Source of the DNA: a virus | Lineage: Duplodnaviria > Caudoviricetes | DNA length: 43,035 nucleotides | IMG/VR virus record: IMGVR_UViG_3300005573_000657 | Span: 1-43,035 of that record | Reading direction: 5' to 3' (one strand) | Shown here: piece after piece, positions 10,201 through 19,893 of the stretch | Layout: the number at the start of each line of letters is the position of its first letter | Position numbering within the stretch: the stretch's first letter is position 1 | Made by a program: the position numbers and the translations under genes | The notes under the pieces: generated by a model | The model's input: only the letters and a program-made list of their open reading frames with translations | What the model was told of the DNA's origin: nothing | The model's database searches: none

Positions 10201-10618
10201 TTTGCCTAAACCAAAGAGAACCTTTGCTACTCAGAAGTTTGTAGATATGCTTAAAGGAGCAGGTGTTTCTTTAACTCTTCACCCTGATAGGATTACAGCT
10301 TCACCTATGACGGACAAAAGTATTCTTGAAATGTCACATGGGGTTATTGAATCCCCTAAGATGTTGAACTCTAAGAACTTGGAACCTGAAAAGGGTGGGC
10401 TGTTTGATATTCGTACAACTGGTGGATTTACTGGAACTAACTGGACTCACTATCCTTTAGCTGAGTCAATGGTCCACCCTGTTATGGAGAGATCTGTCAA
10501 GGCTATTCTTGGTTTAACAGGGGATGAGTACAGTAAACTCATCTCAGGTGAAAATGGTGTCAAAGATGGCTCCATTGTAAATACTGCAACAGGCAAACAT
10601 GTCAGATCATTCCATTAA
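7271..10618 (+). CDS. Phage multisubunit RNA polymerase beta-like subunit, C-terminally fused to the beta' N-terminal segment
   Basis: Beta motifs SHIGILDPSRTPES, LVPFL...PQA, GYNHEDG, GDKLTGQHGNKG, NPASVTSRINLGQ, GYMEALAL, TVKSE; then NLEPEKGGLFD...WTHYPL resembling beta' KPERDGLF...GHIEL. Confidence 0.95.
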   Translation: MTLSKIFTSPENIRAGVDRELVSALGKSFPIKNKEYILEASDIVAHPKNFTTDDEKRAYMESKSLTYPITGTLTIRSAVTGKVLDTATNFPLMDAFHITGKHTLVYKGNNYVAANLLKLKPGVFIRTSDADGHLEAHFNTKKGANFKIVLSPQTGVFSMETSGGALIPLAPLLTHVFGVTSAHAEKFIPASIWDENLKAAQGKEDKALDRFYNRLVYDKDPKATMAQKSLALHEALTKGTLDENTTAATLGKPLSGVNEETLLLTLRKMVQVYKGEIPEDNRDSLQFKRVSNLPDFIKERFEKNHDSVKAVKKRLRFALERIHPENPKIRDTIAPKPFNKIFTSYIQDSSLISTPSETNPLESLENVGKVTVLGPEEGGIGDERAVPLAARNIDLSHIGILDPSRTPESGHAGIDLRFTVAAQRDPEGNLYTEVEDKAGKKQVVGVEKLMNSVVGFRGSEKNGFVQAKAKNELRSVPIKDVDYWISDPSNMYTVTTNLVPFLNSNHPGRLTMAGKALPQALSLVEREAPLVQTVKGKNDTFTKFYGRLLSTKSPVDGTVIKANSDEVKVRADSDGTIHTIKAIKDLPFNQKGFFDDEKPLVEVGQKVYTGSAHDPENTPTPIFENNYTRNGHLALGKNLTVAYMPWHGYNHEDGIVIRQGAAEGMSSHHAYKYEYDITPDTISKKVLLKRYFPSKFSPAQLAKLDDDGYVKEGETLEEGDPVYAVLEKRMPTPEERLLGKLNKLLVTPYRLVTAPWEHMEQGKVVSVSTKSPTAKVLIRSIKQLEIGDKLTGQHGNKGIVSLIVPDKDMPYDKETGHPVDLLLNPASVTSRINLGQIHETIAGKIADKLGKPYLVKNFGNENNIQQIKKDMAASGVKDTSDLVDPKTGANYKGVLTGKQYIVKLFKTTDQNYSARNVGGYDANMQPTKGGTEGAKAEGYMEALALIGSNARKNLKETATVKSEQNDEYWSKFANGEPLPKPKRTFATQKFVDMLKGAGVSLTLHPDRITASPMTDKSILEMSHGVIESPKMLNSKNLEPEKGGLFDIRTTGGFTGTNWTHYPLAESMVHPVMERSVKAILGLTGDEYSKLISGENGVKDGSIVNTATGKHVRSFH

Positions 10619-11759
10619 AGTCGGAGGGGAAGCTTTTCGTTCCCTTTTGAATAATATCGACCCAGCTACGGAAATCCCTAAGCTAAAAAAAGAAATTGCT
10701 GACACTAAGTCTGCAGCTAAGCGTGATGTGCTTATTAAAAAATTGAAGTATATTTACGGATTAGCACAACAGAATCAAAGCCTTGGAGATGCTGTACTTT
10801 TACATAACGTCCCCGTTGCTCCTCCGTCTGTGCGACCAATTGTTCCTGTTGGTGGTAATGCTATTGAATATGCTGATGTGAATCACCTTTACAGAGATCA
10901 TATGTTAGTCAACGACTCTGTTAAAGATTTGAAAGAAGACCTTGGTCCAGAAGAGCTTATTCCATTCCGCAAAGCTAATTATGACGCTTTAAAAGCTGTC
11001 ATAGGTCTAGGGACTGCTGTGTCCCCTCAATCCCAAGGCAAGAATCTGAAGGGTTACATTAAAACCATTGCTGGGGAAGGAGGACCTAAGTCTGGATTCT
11101 TCCACTCCAAGCTGCTTTCCAAGAAGCAAGACTTCTCAGGCAGAGCGACGATTTACGCTGAACCTAACTTGGACTTTAACCAAGTTGCTGTTCCTAGAAA
11201 TATGCTGTGGAGCATGTACAAGTTTCACATTCTACGTGAACTTGCTAAGAGTGGATATGACCGTCTTTCGGCTGAGAAAGCTTGGAAGGAGCGTTCTACT
11301 CCTGCAGTGACAGCGTTTAACAGATCAATTGAGAATGTCCCTATCATCATGAATAGAGCTCCTACTCTGATGAAATCCAACGTGACTGCAGCCTTCCCAG
11401 TTCCAACTGATGGCTACACTGTTGGTATGAACATTCTCCATCTTCCTTTGTTCGCAGCGGACTTCGATGGAGATTCTTTGTCTTTCCATTTGCCAATGAC
11501 GCCAGAAGCAGTAGAGGAAGCTAAGAAGAAGCTTTTACCATCTACGCAGATGTTCGACTCTCGTAGAGGACTTTATAAAAGCTTGGTAGCTCCTGGTCAT
11601 GAAGCTGTTATTGGCTCTGTGCATTTAACAGAACCAGACATGACTCAAAGCGTAGTGTCATTCAAGTCTGAAGCCGAAGCTTTAGAGGCATTAAAAAAGG
11701 GTGAGGTTCAAGCTAATACCCCAATCACAATTGAGCCCGGCCCACTTAGAAAAAAATAA
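10599..11759 (+). CDS. Phage RNA polymerase beta'-like subunit, catalytic part
   Basis: VPVAPPSVRP, DVNHLYR, LLSKKQDFSGRA, NRAPTL, catalytic AADFDGD. Confidence 0.96.
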   Translation: MSDHSIKVGGEAFRSLLNNIDPATEIPKLKKEIADTKSAAKRDVLIKKLKYIYGLAQQNQSLGDAVLLHNVPVAPPSVRPIVPVGGNAIEYADVNHLYRDHMLVNDSVKDLKEDLGPEELIPFRKANYDALKAVIGLGTAVSPQSQGKNLKGYIKTIAGEGGPKSGFFHSKLLSKKQDFSGRATIYAEPNLDFNQVAVPRNMLWSMYKFHILRELAKSGYDRLSAEKAWKERSTPAVTAFNRSIENVPIIMNRAPTLMKSNVTAAFPVPTDGYTVGMNILHLPLFAADFDGDSLSFHLPMTPEAVEEAKKKLLPSTQMFDSRRGLYKSLVAPGHEAVIGSVHLTEPDMTQSVVSFKSEAEALEALKKGEVQANTPITIEPGPLRKK

Positions 11760-11762
11760 TCC

Positions 11763-13589
11763 ATGTCAGAACCAATTGTCATTACCCCAGGAAGCCTTCT
11801 CATCAAGAGTATGCTTCCTCACGCTGCCAGGGCAAAGTTTGATCCTTCCCGCACACTTGATAAACGAGGGATCAACGACCTTATTGTGCTGTTATTAAAA
11901 ACCTCTGGAGAGGCGGCTGCTCCTACGATCAGTGCACTCTCTAAACTGTTTTTTAACACTGCTACAAATATTGGAGCTTCAACCCCTTTATCTGACTATG
12001 AGAATGACTCACTAGAACGAAGAGTCCTGTTGGATGAATTTGAGCAGCACGTAGCTAGAATCTTGAATAGTAAGGACACTAAGCAAGACAAGCTGCAACA
12101 ACTCAACGATCTAGCTGCCTCAACATCTAAGATTGCTGAACAGAAAAACGTAGAGTATCTCCTCTCTCGTGGCTCAACTGCTGCGAAAATGGCTAAGACT
12201 GGTGCGAGGGGAAATCCTTCTCAGTTAGCCCAAGGTACTTCTGCTCCCCTCATGGCTCAGGACGTTAAAGGAAACCCTATTCCTGTTGCTATTACTCACT
12301 CCTTTGCTGAAGGGCTTACTCCTGCTGAAAGCTTTGCTATGTCTTTTGGCGGTAGAGCCTCTACTGTGTTGTCACAATTATCTACTCAGAAACCTGGGGA
12401 ATTGTTTAAGAGACTAACCCCGTCCCTCTTCCACGAAGTTGTTACTATGGAAGACTGTGGGACAAAGAATGGTGTTGAAGTCCCTTTGAATGATTCCTTG
12501 CAAGTTCTTGGAAGATACTTAGCTGGTTCTAACCAACTTATTACTGACGAGGTTTATCACAGGCTAGGAACAAAGGGAGTTATTAAGATCCGTAGCCCAT
12601 TGACCTGTGAAGCTAAAGAGGGAGTATGTCAAAAATGCTACGGTGTTGCGGCTAATGGACACCTGCCTGAAATCGGCACTAACGTTGGAGTTCTTGCTGC
12701 TCAGAGTATTTCTGAGACGTTGACTCAAGCTATGTTGTCAACTAAACACCAAGGTGGGGTTGCAGGACGGAAAAGAAACGCTTATGATGAGGCCGCTAAT
12801 CTGTTGAATAATCCAAAAGAAAACTTCTTGGATGAGGCAACTCTATCAACTGAGCATGGGACTGTTTCTAAAATCACTACCGACGAACTAAATAACAAAC
12901 ATATTACTATCAATGGAGTTACTCACTTTGTAGACCGATTCCAGCAACCTATTGTTAAGGGTGGTGATGACGTTGAAGTCGGTCAAAAACTTTCAACTGG
13001 GAGTATTAACCCACGGAAGTTAGCTGCATTAATGGGAACAGGCGAAGCTCGTAAAAGCCTAATGGAATCTCTACGTGAAGTCTACTCTCGTAATGTTCCG
13101 CTAGACCCAAAACATTTTGAGGTTGTGGCTAGAAATCTTATTAATTTTGCTCGTATTAAAAGCCCCGGATCTACTTCTATGCTTCCGGGAGATATTGTCA
13201 CTGTCAAAGACTTGCATAAAGTGCTAAGACATGACGAAGAAATGGTTCCAGTAGAAAAATCTATAGGTAAGACCCTTTCTCAGTTTGTCGGGGTAGAAAC
13301 TCCTGGCACTGAAGTTACCGCGCCTTTGGCTCGGAAGTTTCTTAAGAATGGAATCAAAATGGTTAAGGTGACTGGAACTGGGGTTACAACTGAGCCCGTT
13401 GTTCCTGGGTTGCAAACAGCCAAACTGTTAGATAAGAACTGGATGTCACGATTGGCTTTCTCTAAGTTGACTCGTTCTATTGAAGATGCTGCAGCCTTGA
13501 ATCAATCTAGCCCTGTCCATGGCTATGAGCCTATTACGCCTTATGTGTTAGGGACAGAGTTCGGGGAAGGTGGGCATGGCAAATATTAA
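11763..13589 (+). CDS. Phage RNA polymerase beta'-like subunit, C-terminal part
   Basis: GARGN..Q, SFAEGLT (bridge helix region), DCGT...RSPLTC...CQKCYG Zn site, GVLAAQSISETLTQ (trigger loop region), KHFEVV. Confidence 0.94.
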   Translation: MSEPIVITPGSLLIKSMLPHAARAKFDPSRTLDKRGINDLIVLLLKTSGEAAAPTISALSKLFFNTATNIGASTPLSDYENDSLERRVLLDEFEQHVARILNSKDTKQDKLQQLNDLAASTSKIAEQKNVEYLLSRGSTAAKMAKTGARGNPSQLAQGTSAPLMAQDVKGNPIPVAITHSFAEGLTPAESFAMSFGGRASTVLSQLSTQKPGELFKRLTPSLFHEVVTMEDCGTKNGVEVPLNDSLQVLGRYLAGSNQLITDEVYHRLGTKGVIKIRSPLTCEAKEGVCQKCYGVAANGHLPEIGTNVGVLAAQSISETLTQAMLSTKHQGGVAGRKRNAYDEAANLLNNPKENFLDEATLSTEHGTVSKITTDELNNKHITINGVTHFVDRFQQPIVKGGDDVEVGQKLSTGSINPRKLAALMGTGEARKSLMESLREVYSRNVPLDPKHFEVVARNLINFARIKSPGSTSMLPGDIVTVKDLHKVLRHDEEMVPVEKSIGKTLSQFVGVETPGTEVTAPLARKFLKNGIKMVKVTGTGVTTEPVVPGLQTAKLLDKNWMSRLAFSKLTRSIEDAAALNQSSPVHGYEPITPYVLGTEFGEGGHGKY

Positions 13590-14490
13590 TGTCTACATTA
13601 CCCCTCAGACTTGCCTTGTAGTAGCTACTCAGTATTTAAAGAATATTCCTGAGCTGGCCACTCTAGCTAAGGCTCCAAGTATTTTGTCGTATGTCATGGG
13701 GACAATTAATAGTGAAAGCTCCTTTGTCCTTTACCGCCCTATTCTTGGAGTGACTGGATTTACTGCTGCTCACATGAATGGGGCTGCAGTCGTCATACCA
13801 CCGGGATATAATTACTACACAGAGTTTCAAAGAGATCCGATTATTAGTTCTATTGATGCTAACTATAAATCTGATCCTAACAATACCTCTTATGCAGCCT
13901 TAGCATCTAAGGCTAAAGCAGGTTATACTGCTTGGGGATTAATGGGAGTTATGGGAGGATACTTCTTTCAAGGAACTCATACTTTTAAAGATTTAGGACC
14001 GAAGTATAATGCTCTAATGATTGCCCAAGGACTTGTCGTAGATCCTCTTAATCCCATAACTGTTGATAACACCCTGTTCCCACAGATTGCGGGTAATCCG
14101 CCTCAAGCCACTAACAAGGCTGTAGAAAATTCTATACTTTCTGGGTTAATTTTGTCTGCATGGCATTACGACAATTATTTGAATAAGGGAAATTCTCCTG
14201 CTGCAGCTATTGCTTTGGCAATGACAAAAGGCTATCTTGGTACAGGTACTGACCTGCTTGGATCAACAGCTTCTAGCCGTGCTCAATTGTTAGCTAATGA
14301 CATGGGGAAGGTTTATAAAATTAACGGGACTAATATTCAAGTCTCAGCTTCTGGAAGCTATGCTTCTTCAGGAGGTCAGTATATTACTGGTCAATATATG
14401 ACTGTCAGTAGTAATTACGCACAAAATCCGGCCGCTGCAGGGCAAAGTACGACGAGTGGAGGTAGTTCTACCACTGACTGCACAACATAA
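13570..14490 (+). CDS. Hypothetical virion protein, possibly a degenerate lysozyme-like/transglycosylase fold
   Basis: INSESSF and AWGLMGVMG resemble SLT motifs I/II; weak. Confidence 0.5.
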   Translation: MGMANINVYITPQTCLVVATQYLKNIPELATLAKAPSILSYVMGTINSESSFVLYRPILGVTGFTAAHMNGAAVVIPPGYNYYTEFQRDPIISSIDANYKSDPNNTSYAALASKAKAGYTAWGLMGVMGGYFFQGTHTFKDLGPKYNALMIAQGLVVDPLNPITVDNTLFPQIAGNPPQATNKAVENSILSGLILSAWHYDNYLNKGNSPAAAIALAMTKGYLGTGTDLLGSTASSRAQLLANDMGKVYKINGTNIQVSASGSYASSGGQYITGQYMTVSSNYAQNPAAAGQSTTSGGSSTTDCTT

Positions 14491-14530
14491 AAAAATTGAA
14501 CTAAACTAAAAAATAGTTAAAATCACTGCA

Positions 14531-16450
14531 ATGAATCTCTCTGACAACGCCTATCTAAAACTGTCGCAACGCTTTCCTGATATCGTTCCTTATGTAACGG
14601 GTTTCTACGATCTCACAGAAGAAATGAATAAAGAAGACGACTCGCTGGAGGTGGGCGCTTTCCAAATTCAACTCGGTGCGGACAATTTTTTCATTCCCGT
14701 CATTTCAAAAAATGACGTTATCCAGCCTCTGGACTCTGTAGTTAAAGCTGACACCAATCTATTCTTCCCTGCTCTACCTGCGTATATCAGATCTCTGATC
14801 AATACGCCTATGGAAGGCTTTGGTAATAACCAAAAGATCCCAGGTACAGCAGTTAAGAATCCAAACATCTACAGCTTAGTTGTTCCTCCAAGAACCGGCA
14901 AGTTTATTTATGCTAGTGGTTCTCGAGCTATGGAACTCTTAGGCTTGGCTCCTACTATTTATAAGCAAGCCTTAATCGAAGGACTTAAAGAGGATGAGGA
15001 CTTTGCTACTCGCCTCCATTCGGTCTTTGACCTCCGAGAACTTGCGGAAGTTTTGGCTGCTGCAGCTAAAGCAACTGCCAATGTTGCTCCTAATGCCAAC
15101 ACTGCTGTCACTATTCTGACAGAAGGAACTGGAGACTTGTCCGAAGACGAGATTCAAGCAATCATTCAAAAAGGTTATGCTATTCGTGGCGAACCTTTGA
15201 TGACGAGAGTTGCTATTCCAGTTCAAGATTTTAATCAATTTGGGCTTTATGAACGTATTCCTGTTCCTACAGGTTCTGCTGAGACACGGGTTGTTGTACT
15301 TAGATCGGGCTTAAGCAAGACTGCTCTTTTCCTCAGAAATCACCCAGCTTCTGTAGCGGCTGTTTCTCCTAAGCTGTTTCAGGGAACCTCTAGCGCATCT
15401 GGAATTGTAATTTTTACTGATGGCACTTTTGCTAGAACAAATTTTGTCGTAACAAAGGGACAACCTGGGAAAGTTGTCGAAGGTCTGCAAGAACTTTTAG
15501 AAATGGCTCCGTCTTCCTCGATGGAAGATGCTCCTACTGGTGTTCAGTTGGCTATCATTTCTCCACATGGAGAACTCTTATTCTTAGGTGACTTGTCTAA
15601 TCGTGCTATCTCTGGCGGGAATGTATTCTATTCAGGATACTCTTCTGGTGTTTATCGCACTCAAGGCATTCATGTCATGAAGGGAATTGACACTGCACGT
15701 AGACTTCCTGATGGAACTTTGCTGGTCCCTTCTAGCTATAGAGCGGTTGTTCTCGATGATAAAGTTAACAATGACCTCTGCACTTCTCCTGATGAAGCAC
15801 AAGAAATCAACCAAATGCAATACTGGGACCAGTTCAAGCAAGTTAACGTACTGCGTTCAAATGGAGTTAATGAATTCTTCTATAACGGGGATATGATTTC
15901 TGGTGCCCCTCTTCTTCTGCAACGTCTAATCGTTGAAGAGGGCTTGGCTCCTGCTGTTGCTGAAAATTTCATGAAGACTGCCGAAGAGAAAGGCGTCTGT
16001 TCCTTCTATATGCAGAAGAAAGCAGATAACTTTGGTGACCTCGGCGCTTCTCAGTTCATCTACCCTCAATCAGATGTTTCTCAACAATTCCCTGATGGTG
16101 AAGGCGATGGTGCTCAAGGTTTTATTCAGAATTTGAAGACAGTTTCTTCTTTGCAAGATCCTGACCTTGTTAACAGCACAATCATTGCTGAGTTGCTGCA
16201 AGCTCCTTCACTAAAACAATACGCAGAAAATTATCTGCCAGATATTCGATTGAGTATTGACAGACTTGGACGTATCCTGTTCTTGTCTCGCCTCAAGCTT
16301 TCGGACATGTTTACTGGAGAGAATGGTATTGAACTGATGACTACTATTAACATCCTCAAGGGTGTTTATACGTCACTTGGTGCGCTCTATTTCTCTCTGC
16401 AAAGGCTCCCTGATGACAGAGACAACATTGGAGAGGCTACGCAAGAGTGA
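14531..16450 (+). CDS. Large hypothetical head-associated protein
   Basis: 639-aa ORF, TAAAAT 7 nt upstream, QKKA motif. Confidence 0.8.
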   Translation: MNLSDNAYLKLSQRFPDIVPYVTGFYDLTEEMNKEDDSLEVGAFQIQLGADNFFIPVISKNDVIQPLDSVVKADTNLFFPALPAYIRSLINTPMEGFGNNQKIPGTAVKNPNIYSLVVPPRTGKFIYASGSRAMELLGLAPTIYKQALIEGLKEDEDFATRLHSVFDLRELAEVLAAAAKATANVAPNANTAVTILTEGTGDLSEDEIQAIIQKGYAIRGEPLMTRVAIPVQDFNQFGLYERIPVPTGSAETRVVVLRSGLSKTALFLRNHPASVAAVSPKLFQGTSSASGIVIFTDGTFARTNFVVTKGQPGKVVEGLQELLEMAPSSSMEDAPTGVQLAIISPHGELLFLGDLSNRAISGGNVFYSGYSSGVYRTQGIHVMKGIDTARRLPDGTLLVPSSYRAVVLDDKVNNDLCTSPDEAQEINQMQYWDQFKQVNVLRSNGVNEFFYNGDMISGAPLLLQRLIVEEGLAPAVAENFMKTAEEKGVCSFYMQKKADNFGDLGASQFIYPQSDVSQQFPDGEGDGAQGFIQNLKTVSSLQDPDLVNSTIIAELLQAPSLKQYAENYLPDIRLSIDRLGRILFLSRLKLSDMFTGENGIELMTTINILKGVYTSLGALYFSLQRLPDDRDNIGEATQE

Positions 16451-16958
16451 TTTGCAATCTTCCTACCTGGAAGCTGCTCTTTTTAGCCCTGCAACCGATT
16501 TAGAAATCGCCACTCTTTTAGAACTCCCGGTAGAAGTAGTCACTACTTATCGGGCTGAATTCCTGCCTGTTTCCACCTCATCGAAATTAGAAAAGCTTGA
16601 ACAAATCGAATTAGAAATGTCTAATCCCAAGACTAAGCGTCGAGGGACTCTTAAGCTGTGGGCCTTAGCTAATGGCCTAGAGTTTCTCCATTGGAGATTA
16701 GGCAATTCTATTCAAATCTCTCCTGTAGACGGGATGCAAAAACTTTTCAATATTTGCTTCTATAAAGCTAAGGAAGCTATGTTTTCTCCCTCGACTTCTG
16801 AAGAAGGAAGAGAAAGTCAGAAGTGGGTAAAACTCTCTACTGACATCGCTCGATTAATTAAACTCTGGGTTTCTGACCATGATGCTGCCAAGAAAGATTT
16901 GGAAGTTGCTCTGGCTGAAATTAACCCTAACTTTGATTCACTTGAAAAGTATTTGTAA
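16413..16958 (+). CDS. Hypothetical protein with possible N-terminal HTH
   Basis: DLEIATLLELPVEVVTTY resembles an HTH; ATG 16413 preferred (ORF open from 16362). Confidence 0.7.
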   Translation: MTETTLERLRKSDLQSSYLEAALFSPATDLEIATLLELPVEVVTTYRAEFLPVSTSSKLEKLEQIELEMSNPKTKRRGTLKLWALANGLEFLHWRLGNSIQISPVDGMQKLFNICFYKAKEAMFSPSTSEEGRESQKWVKLSTDIARLIKLWVSDHDAAKKDLEVALAEINPNFDSLEKYL

Positions 16959-16972
16959 GCTAAAATCTAGCC

Positions 16973-18055
16973 ATGACCTATTTTGATGTTCACTATTTAC
17001 AAGAGTCTGCCATTAACATTGTGCAGGCTTTTCTGGGAGGAGATAACACTCTGGACCAACTCATTGCTAATAAAGCTGAGGCTGACGAGCTTAATGCAGA
17101 GCAGATTAAGCGTTTAGTGGAGGCAGTGAACACTATTGCCTTCTTGAAAAAGCTACAAATTGAAAAGGATAGAACGGCGGAGTTTTCTGTTGCTTCTTTC
17201 GATGGAGTTATGGCTGCTCTAGTCCCAACGACAACACCTAAGTCTGCTGGTGTAGTTAAGGAAGCAGCTTTATCTCCACAAGAACTCATTAAGTACAAAA
17301 CTCTAGCCAAACGAAAAAAGGAACAGAGATTGAACCAAGAACATGAAGCCATGCTGAAAAAGGCTTTCTGGCAAACAGCATGTGAATTAGAGAATAGTTT
17401 CCCTGACTATGTAGGTAACATCGAGAAAGCTTTGTGGCTAAGAAAACAAGCCCAAGATGATCCTCGGTTAGTTGCTTCTGTAACTGCTTTAAAACCTGAC
17501 CAAGTGTACTTGGACTTTATCGGTGTTTCTGCTAGAGAAGAAGATAAGACCTCTCTATTGAAGACTGCTGAGATGAACCAAGCTAGAGAGTTTCTTAAAG
17601 AGGTTGAAGCTGTCACAGAGATGCATAATGCCTATCAAGAAAAAGCCGCGTTCCTGTCAGAGTGCTTGGAAAAACAAGCTGGGCTCTTCGGGATGCTTGG
17701 AGAAGGTGTTGGTAATCTAATTAAGAAACCAATTATAGCCGGATCAAAGGCTCTCGGAAAAGGAATTGCTAATTCTGCTCGTGATGCTGGTGGCGCTAGT
17801 AAGAACATTCTTGCAGCTCAGACATTTGCACGCAATAAAGGTATGGAATTTGATGCTGCAGTAAAGCATCTAAGTGATTCAGGAAATGCTAGAATTGCTC
17901 ACGAAGCTGGGTTTAATCCTGCTGGGTATCAAACTGAAATGAATAACCTCAAGAGAACGGGGAAGAATATTAACCGCGCTTTTATGGGGGCAACTGCTAT
18001 TGGTGCAGCAGGAGATATGCACCACAATGCTAACAACGACATTAACCAAATATGA
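16973..18055 (+). CDS. KxA-motif head/internal protein
   Basis: VKEAA, LKKAF, LKTAE, EKQAG; TAAAAT-N6-ATG. Confidence 0.75.
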   Translation: MTYFDVHYLQESAINIVQAFLGGDNTLDQLIANKAEADELNAEQIKRLVEAVNTIAFLKKLQIEKDRTAEFSVASFDGVMAALVPTTTPKSAGVVKEAALSPQELIKYKTLAKRKKEQRLNQEHEAMLKKAFWQTACELENSFPDYVGNIEKALWLRKQAQDDPRLVASVTALKPDQVYLDFIGVSAREEDKTSLLKTAEMNQAREFLKEVEAVTEMHNAYQEKAAFLSECLEKQAGLFGMLGEGVGNLIKKPIIAGSKALGKGIANSARDAGGASKNILAAQTFARNKGMEFDAAVKHLSDSGNARIAHEAGFNPAGYQTEMNNLKRTGKNINRAFMGATAIGAAGDMHHNANNDINQI

Positions 18056-18495
18056 GTATTTCTAACTTACTAACAGAGGGATTTACCTCTGGATCTAAAG
18101 AGATTGCCCCCTTCTCTAAAGCTTTAGGAGAAGGTGCAGCTAAAGCTGGTTTAGCTCTAGGAGCTTTGGCTCTAGTAGCTGGTGCCAGAGGTATTATCAA
18201 TTCCTATGGAAATTCAGAGTTGAAATTTAAGTTTCAAACTGCCCTTAAGAAAGTAATGACCTCGAATGTGATTATCCAGTCTGCTGACCCTGTAAAGGTT
18301 CAAAGCTATGCTGCAACCATTTTTCAGTTTGCTCCACACATCGCAACTGACCCTAATCTTCTGAGCGCCATTCTTGCGAACGCTGTTCATGGTGAAGGTA
18401 TTGACCCGATGACTATTAAGACTCTTCAAGAGATGGAGGAGCGCTACAATAAAAGTAACACACCTTTAGTGAGTCAGATTCGTTTCCCAGGATAA
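18052..18495 (+). CDS. Hypothetical virion protein with hydrophobic Gly/Ala segment
   Basis: ATGA overlap with the upstream gene. Confidence 0.75.
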   Translation: MSISNLLTEGFTSGSKEIAPFSKALGEGAAKAGLALGALALVAGARGIINSYGNSELKFKFQTALKKVMTSNVIIQSADPVKVQSYAATIFQFAPHIATDPNLLSAILANAVHGEGIDPMTIKTLQEMEERYNKSNTPLVSQIRFPG

Positions 18496-18501
18496 TTAAC
18501 A

Positions 18502-19827
18502 GTGTATAAGCTAACCGATTCTACCAAGTTTGACGGAGAGTTAAATATCTTCGCCATAACTACGGAATACTATAAAGGTTTGCAAAAGACTGCTGCTAAC
18601 ACACAAGTAGCTCAGTATATCTCTGAGCTTCTGCCTAAAGTTAAACCTGATAAAGCCTACTTCCATATCAATGCTATGGGAGCCGGGGAATACTACGGTG
18701 CTAATCGGAATGGAGATTACTTTCCTGAAGAACAGCTTCTGAAGTATTATGAGACATTCGTTACTAGTCCTGCACATCTATTCCGTCACCACATTAACAA
18801 AGACCCTTCCATTGCTAATGGCAAGGTGATCTTTGCAAATTACAACTCGACAATGCATCGGGTTGAACTCATTGCAGAAGCTGACAAAAGCTTAGTTCAA
18901 GATATTGAACAACGTATTGCTCAAGGGGATTACCCCTCTACATCAATGGCGTGTAAGACTCCATATGATGTGTGCAGTATCTGCGGAAACATGGCTCACT
19001 CCAGAGCAGAATATTGCGCTCACTTAAGAAATGACTTAGGCAAGGTCTATGAAGATGGGCGTAAGGTTATGGCAATCAATGCTGGACCTCTATCATTCTT
19101 TGATATTTCCGTGGTTCTCCGTGGAGCAGACCCTACATCTTACATTCTGACAAAAGTTGCTGGTGATGAAACCGCCTTAGGTTCTGCCGAAAGAGCTGAG
19201 CTTGAGAAGGTTGGCTCTCTAGGGAAGATGACTAAGCTCAGTGAGCTAGTTAAAGACATTGATGGTGGAGTGGTAACTAGCGTTGACTTACCTGTTAATC
19301 CGCTTCCTATTGAAGTTCTCGTAGGCTTAGCCTCAGATAGCTGGGAGAATATTACTCGCTCTATGGCAAAGGAAGGAATTTTACCTTCGCTCCAAGAGTT
19401 AGCCTCTCTCTACTACTTAAAGCATGGAATGGTTCCTGATATTGAGTTAATCAATAAACTGATCAAGATCAATACCTCTGTTCCTGCTATTGAATTAGAT
19501 AAGGAAGAGATTGGGTCTGGTGCAGCTTCCGGGTTAGCTAAAAAAGCTAGTGCTATCTGCTCCATGTCATATAAACATTTGGAAAAGAGGGCCTTAGACG
19601 GTGGTGGATTTTACATCAATACCCCTCAAGGATATTTCCCAGATACTTCATATGAACAAGAATCGAAGGGGCCTGGAATGGCATCAAGAGTTCTTTTTGC
19701 TATCTCAGCTTTAGGGGCTGCTGTTGCTGCGTATAGAATGGTGTATAATTCGTTAGCTGATAATCAGGAACATCCATTCTTACGGAAGGTTGCTGGAATC
19801 AAATTAGCTAAAGAGCTTAGTATGTGA
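18502..19827 (+). CDS. Putative prohead (capsid maturation) protease with Zn finger
   Basis: NRNGDYFP, HH (His), TSMAC (Ser), CSICG...C..H, FFDISVV; pattern seen in large-myovirus head proteases; lies upstream of scaffold and capsid genes. Confidence 0.7.
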   Translation: MYKLTDSTKFDGELNIFAITTEYYKGLQKTAANTQVAQYISELLPKVKPDKAYFHINAMGAGEYYGANRNGDYFPEEQLLKYYETFVTSPAHLFRHHINKDPSIANGKVIFANYNSTMHRVELIAEADKSLVQDIEQRIAQGDYPSTSMACKTPYDVCSICGNMAHSRAEYCAHLRNDLGKVYEDGRKVMAINAGPLSFFDISVVLRGADPTSYILTKVAGDETALGSAERAELEKVGSLGKMTKLSELVKDIDGGVVTSVDLPVNPLPIEVLVGLASDSWENITRSMAKEGILPSLQELASLYYLKHGMVPDIELINKLIKINTSVPAIELDKEEIGSGAASGLAKKASAICSMSYKHLEKRALDGGGFYINTPQGYFPDTSYEQESKGPGMASRVLFAISALGAAVAAYRMVYNSLADNQEHPFLRKVAGIKLAKELSM

Positions 19828-19834
19828 GAAATTT

Positions 19835-19847
19835 CATAGTAAAATAG
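19835..19847 (+). promoter_or_regulatory. CATAGTAAAATAG late promoter-like element
   Basis: Identical 13-mer at 26379-26391; both are followed by a leader hairpin and an AAGGA SD. Confidence 0.65.
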
Positions 19848-19893
19848 AAAGCAGAAGCGGATGTTCCGCAACTAAAAAGGAAAACTTATTAAC

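Noticed and set aside
7271-13589. Bacterial chromosomal rpoB/rpoC
   Set aside because: Highly divergent, differently split, and flanked by phage structural genes rather than ribosomal protein genes.
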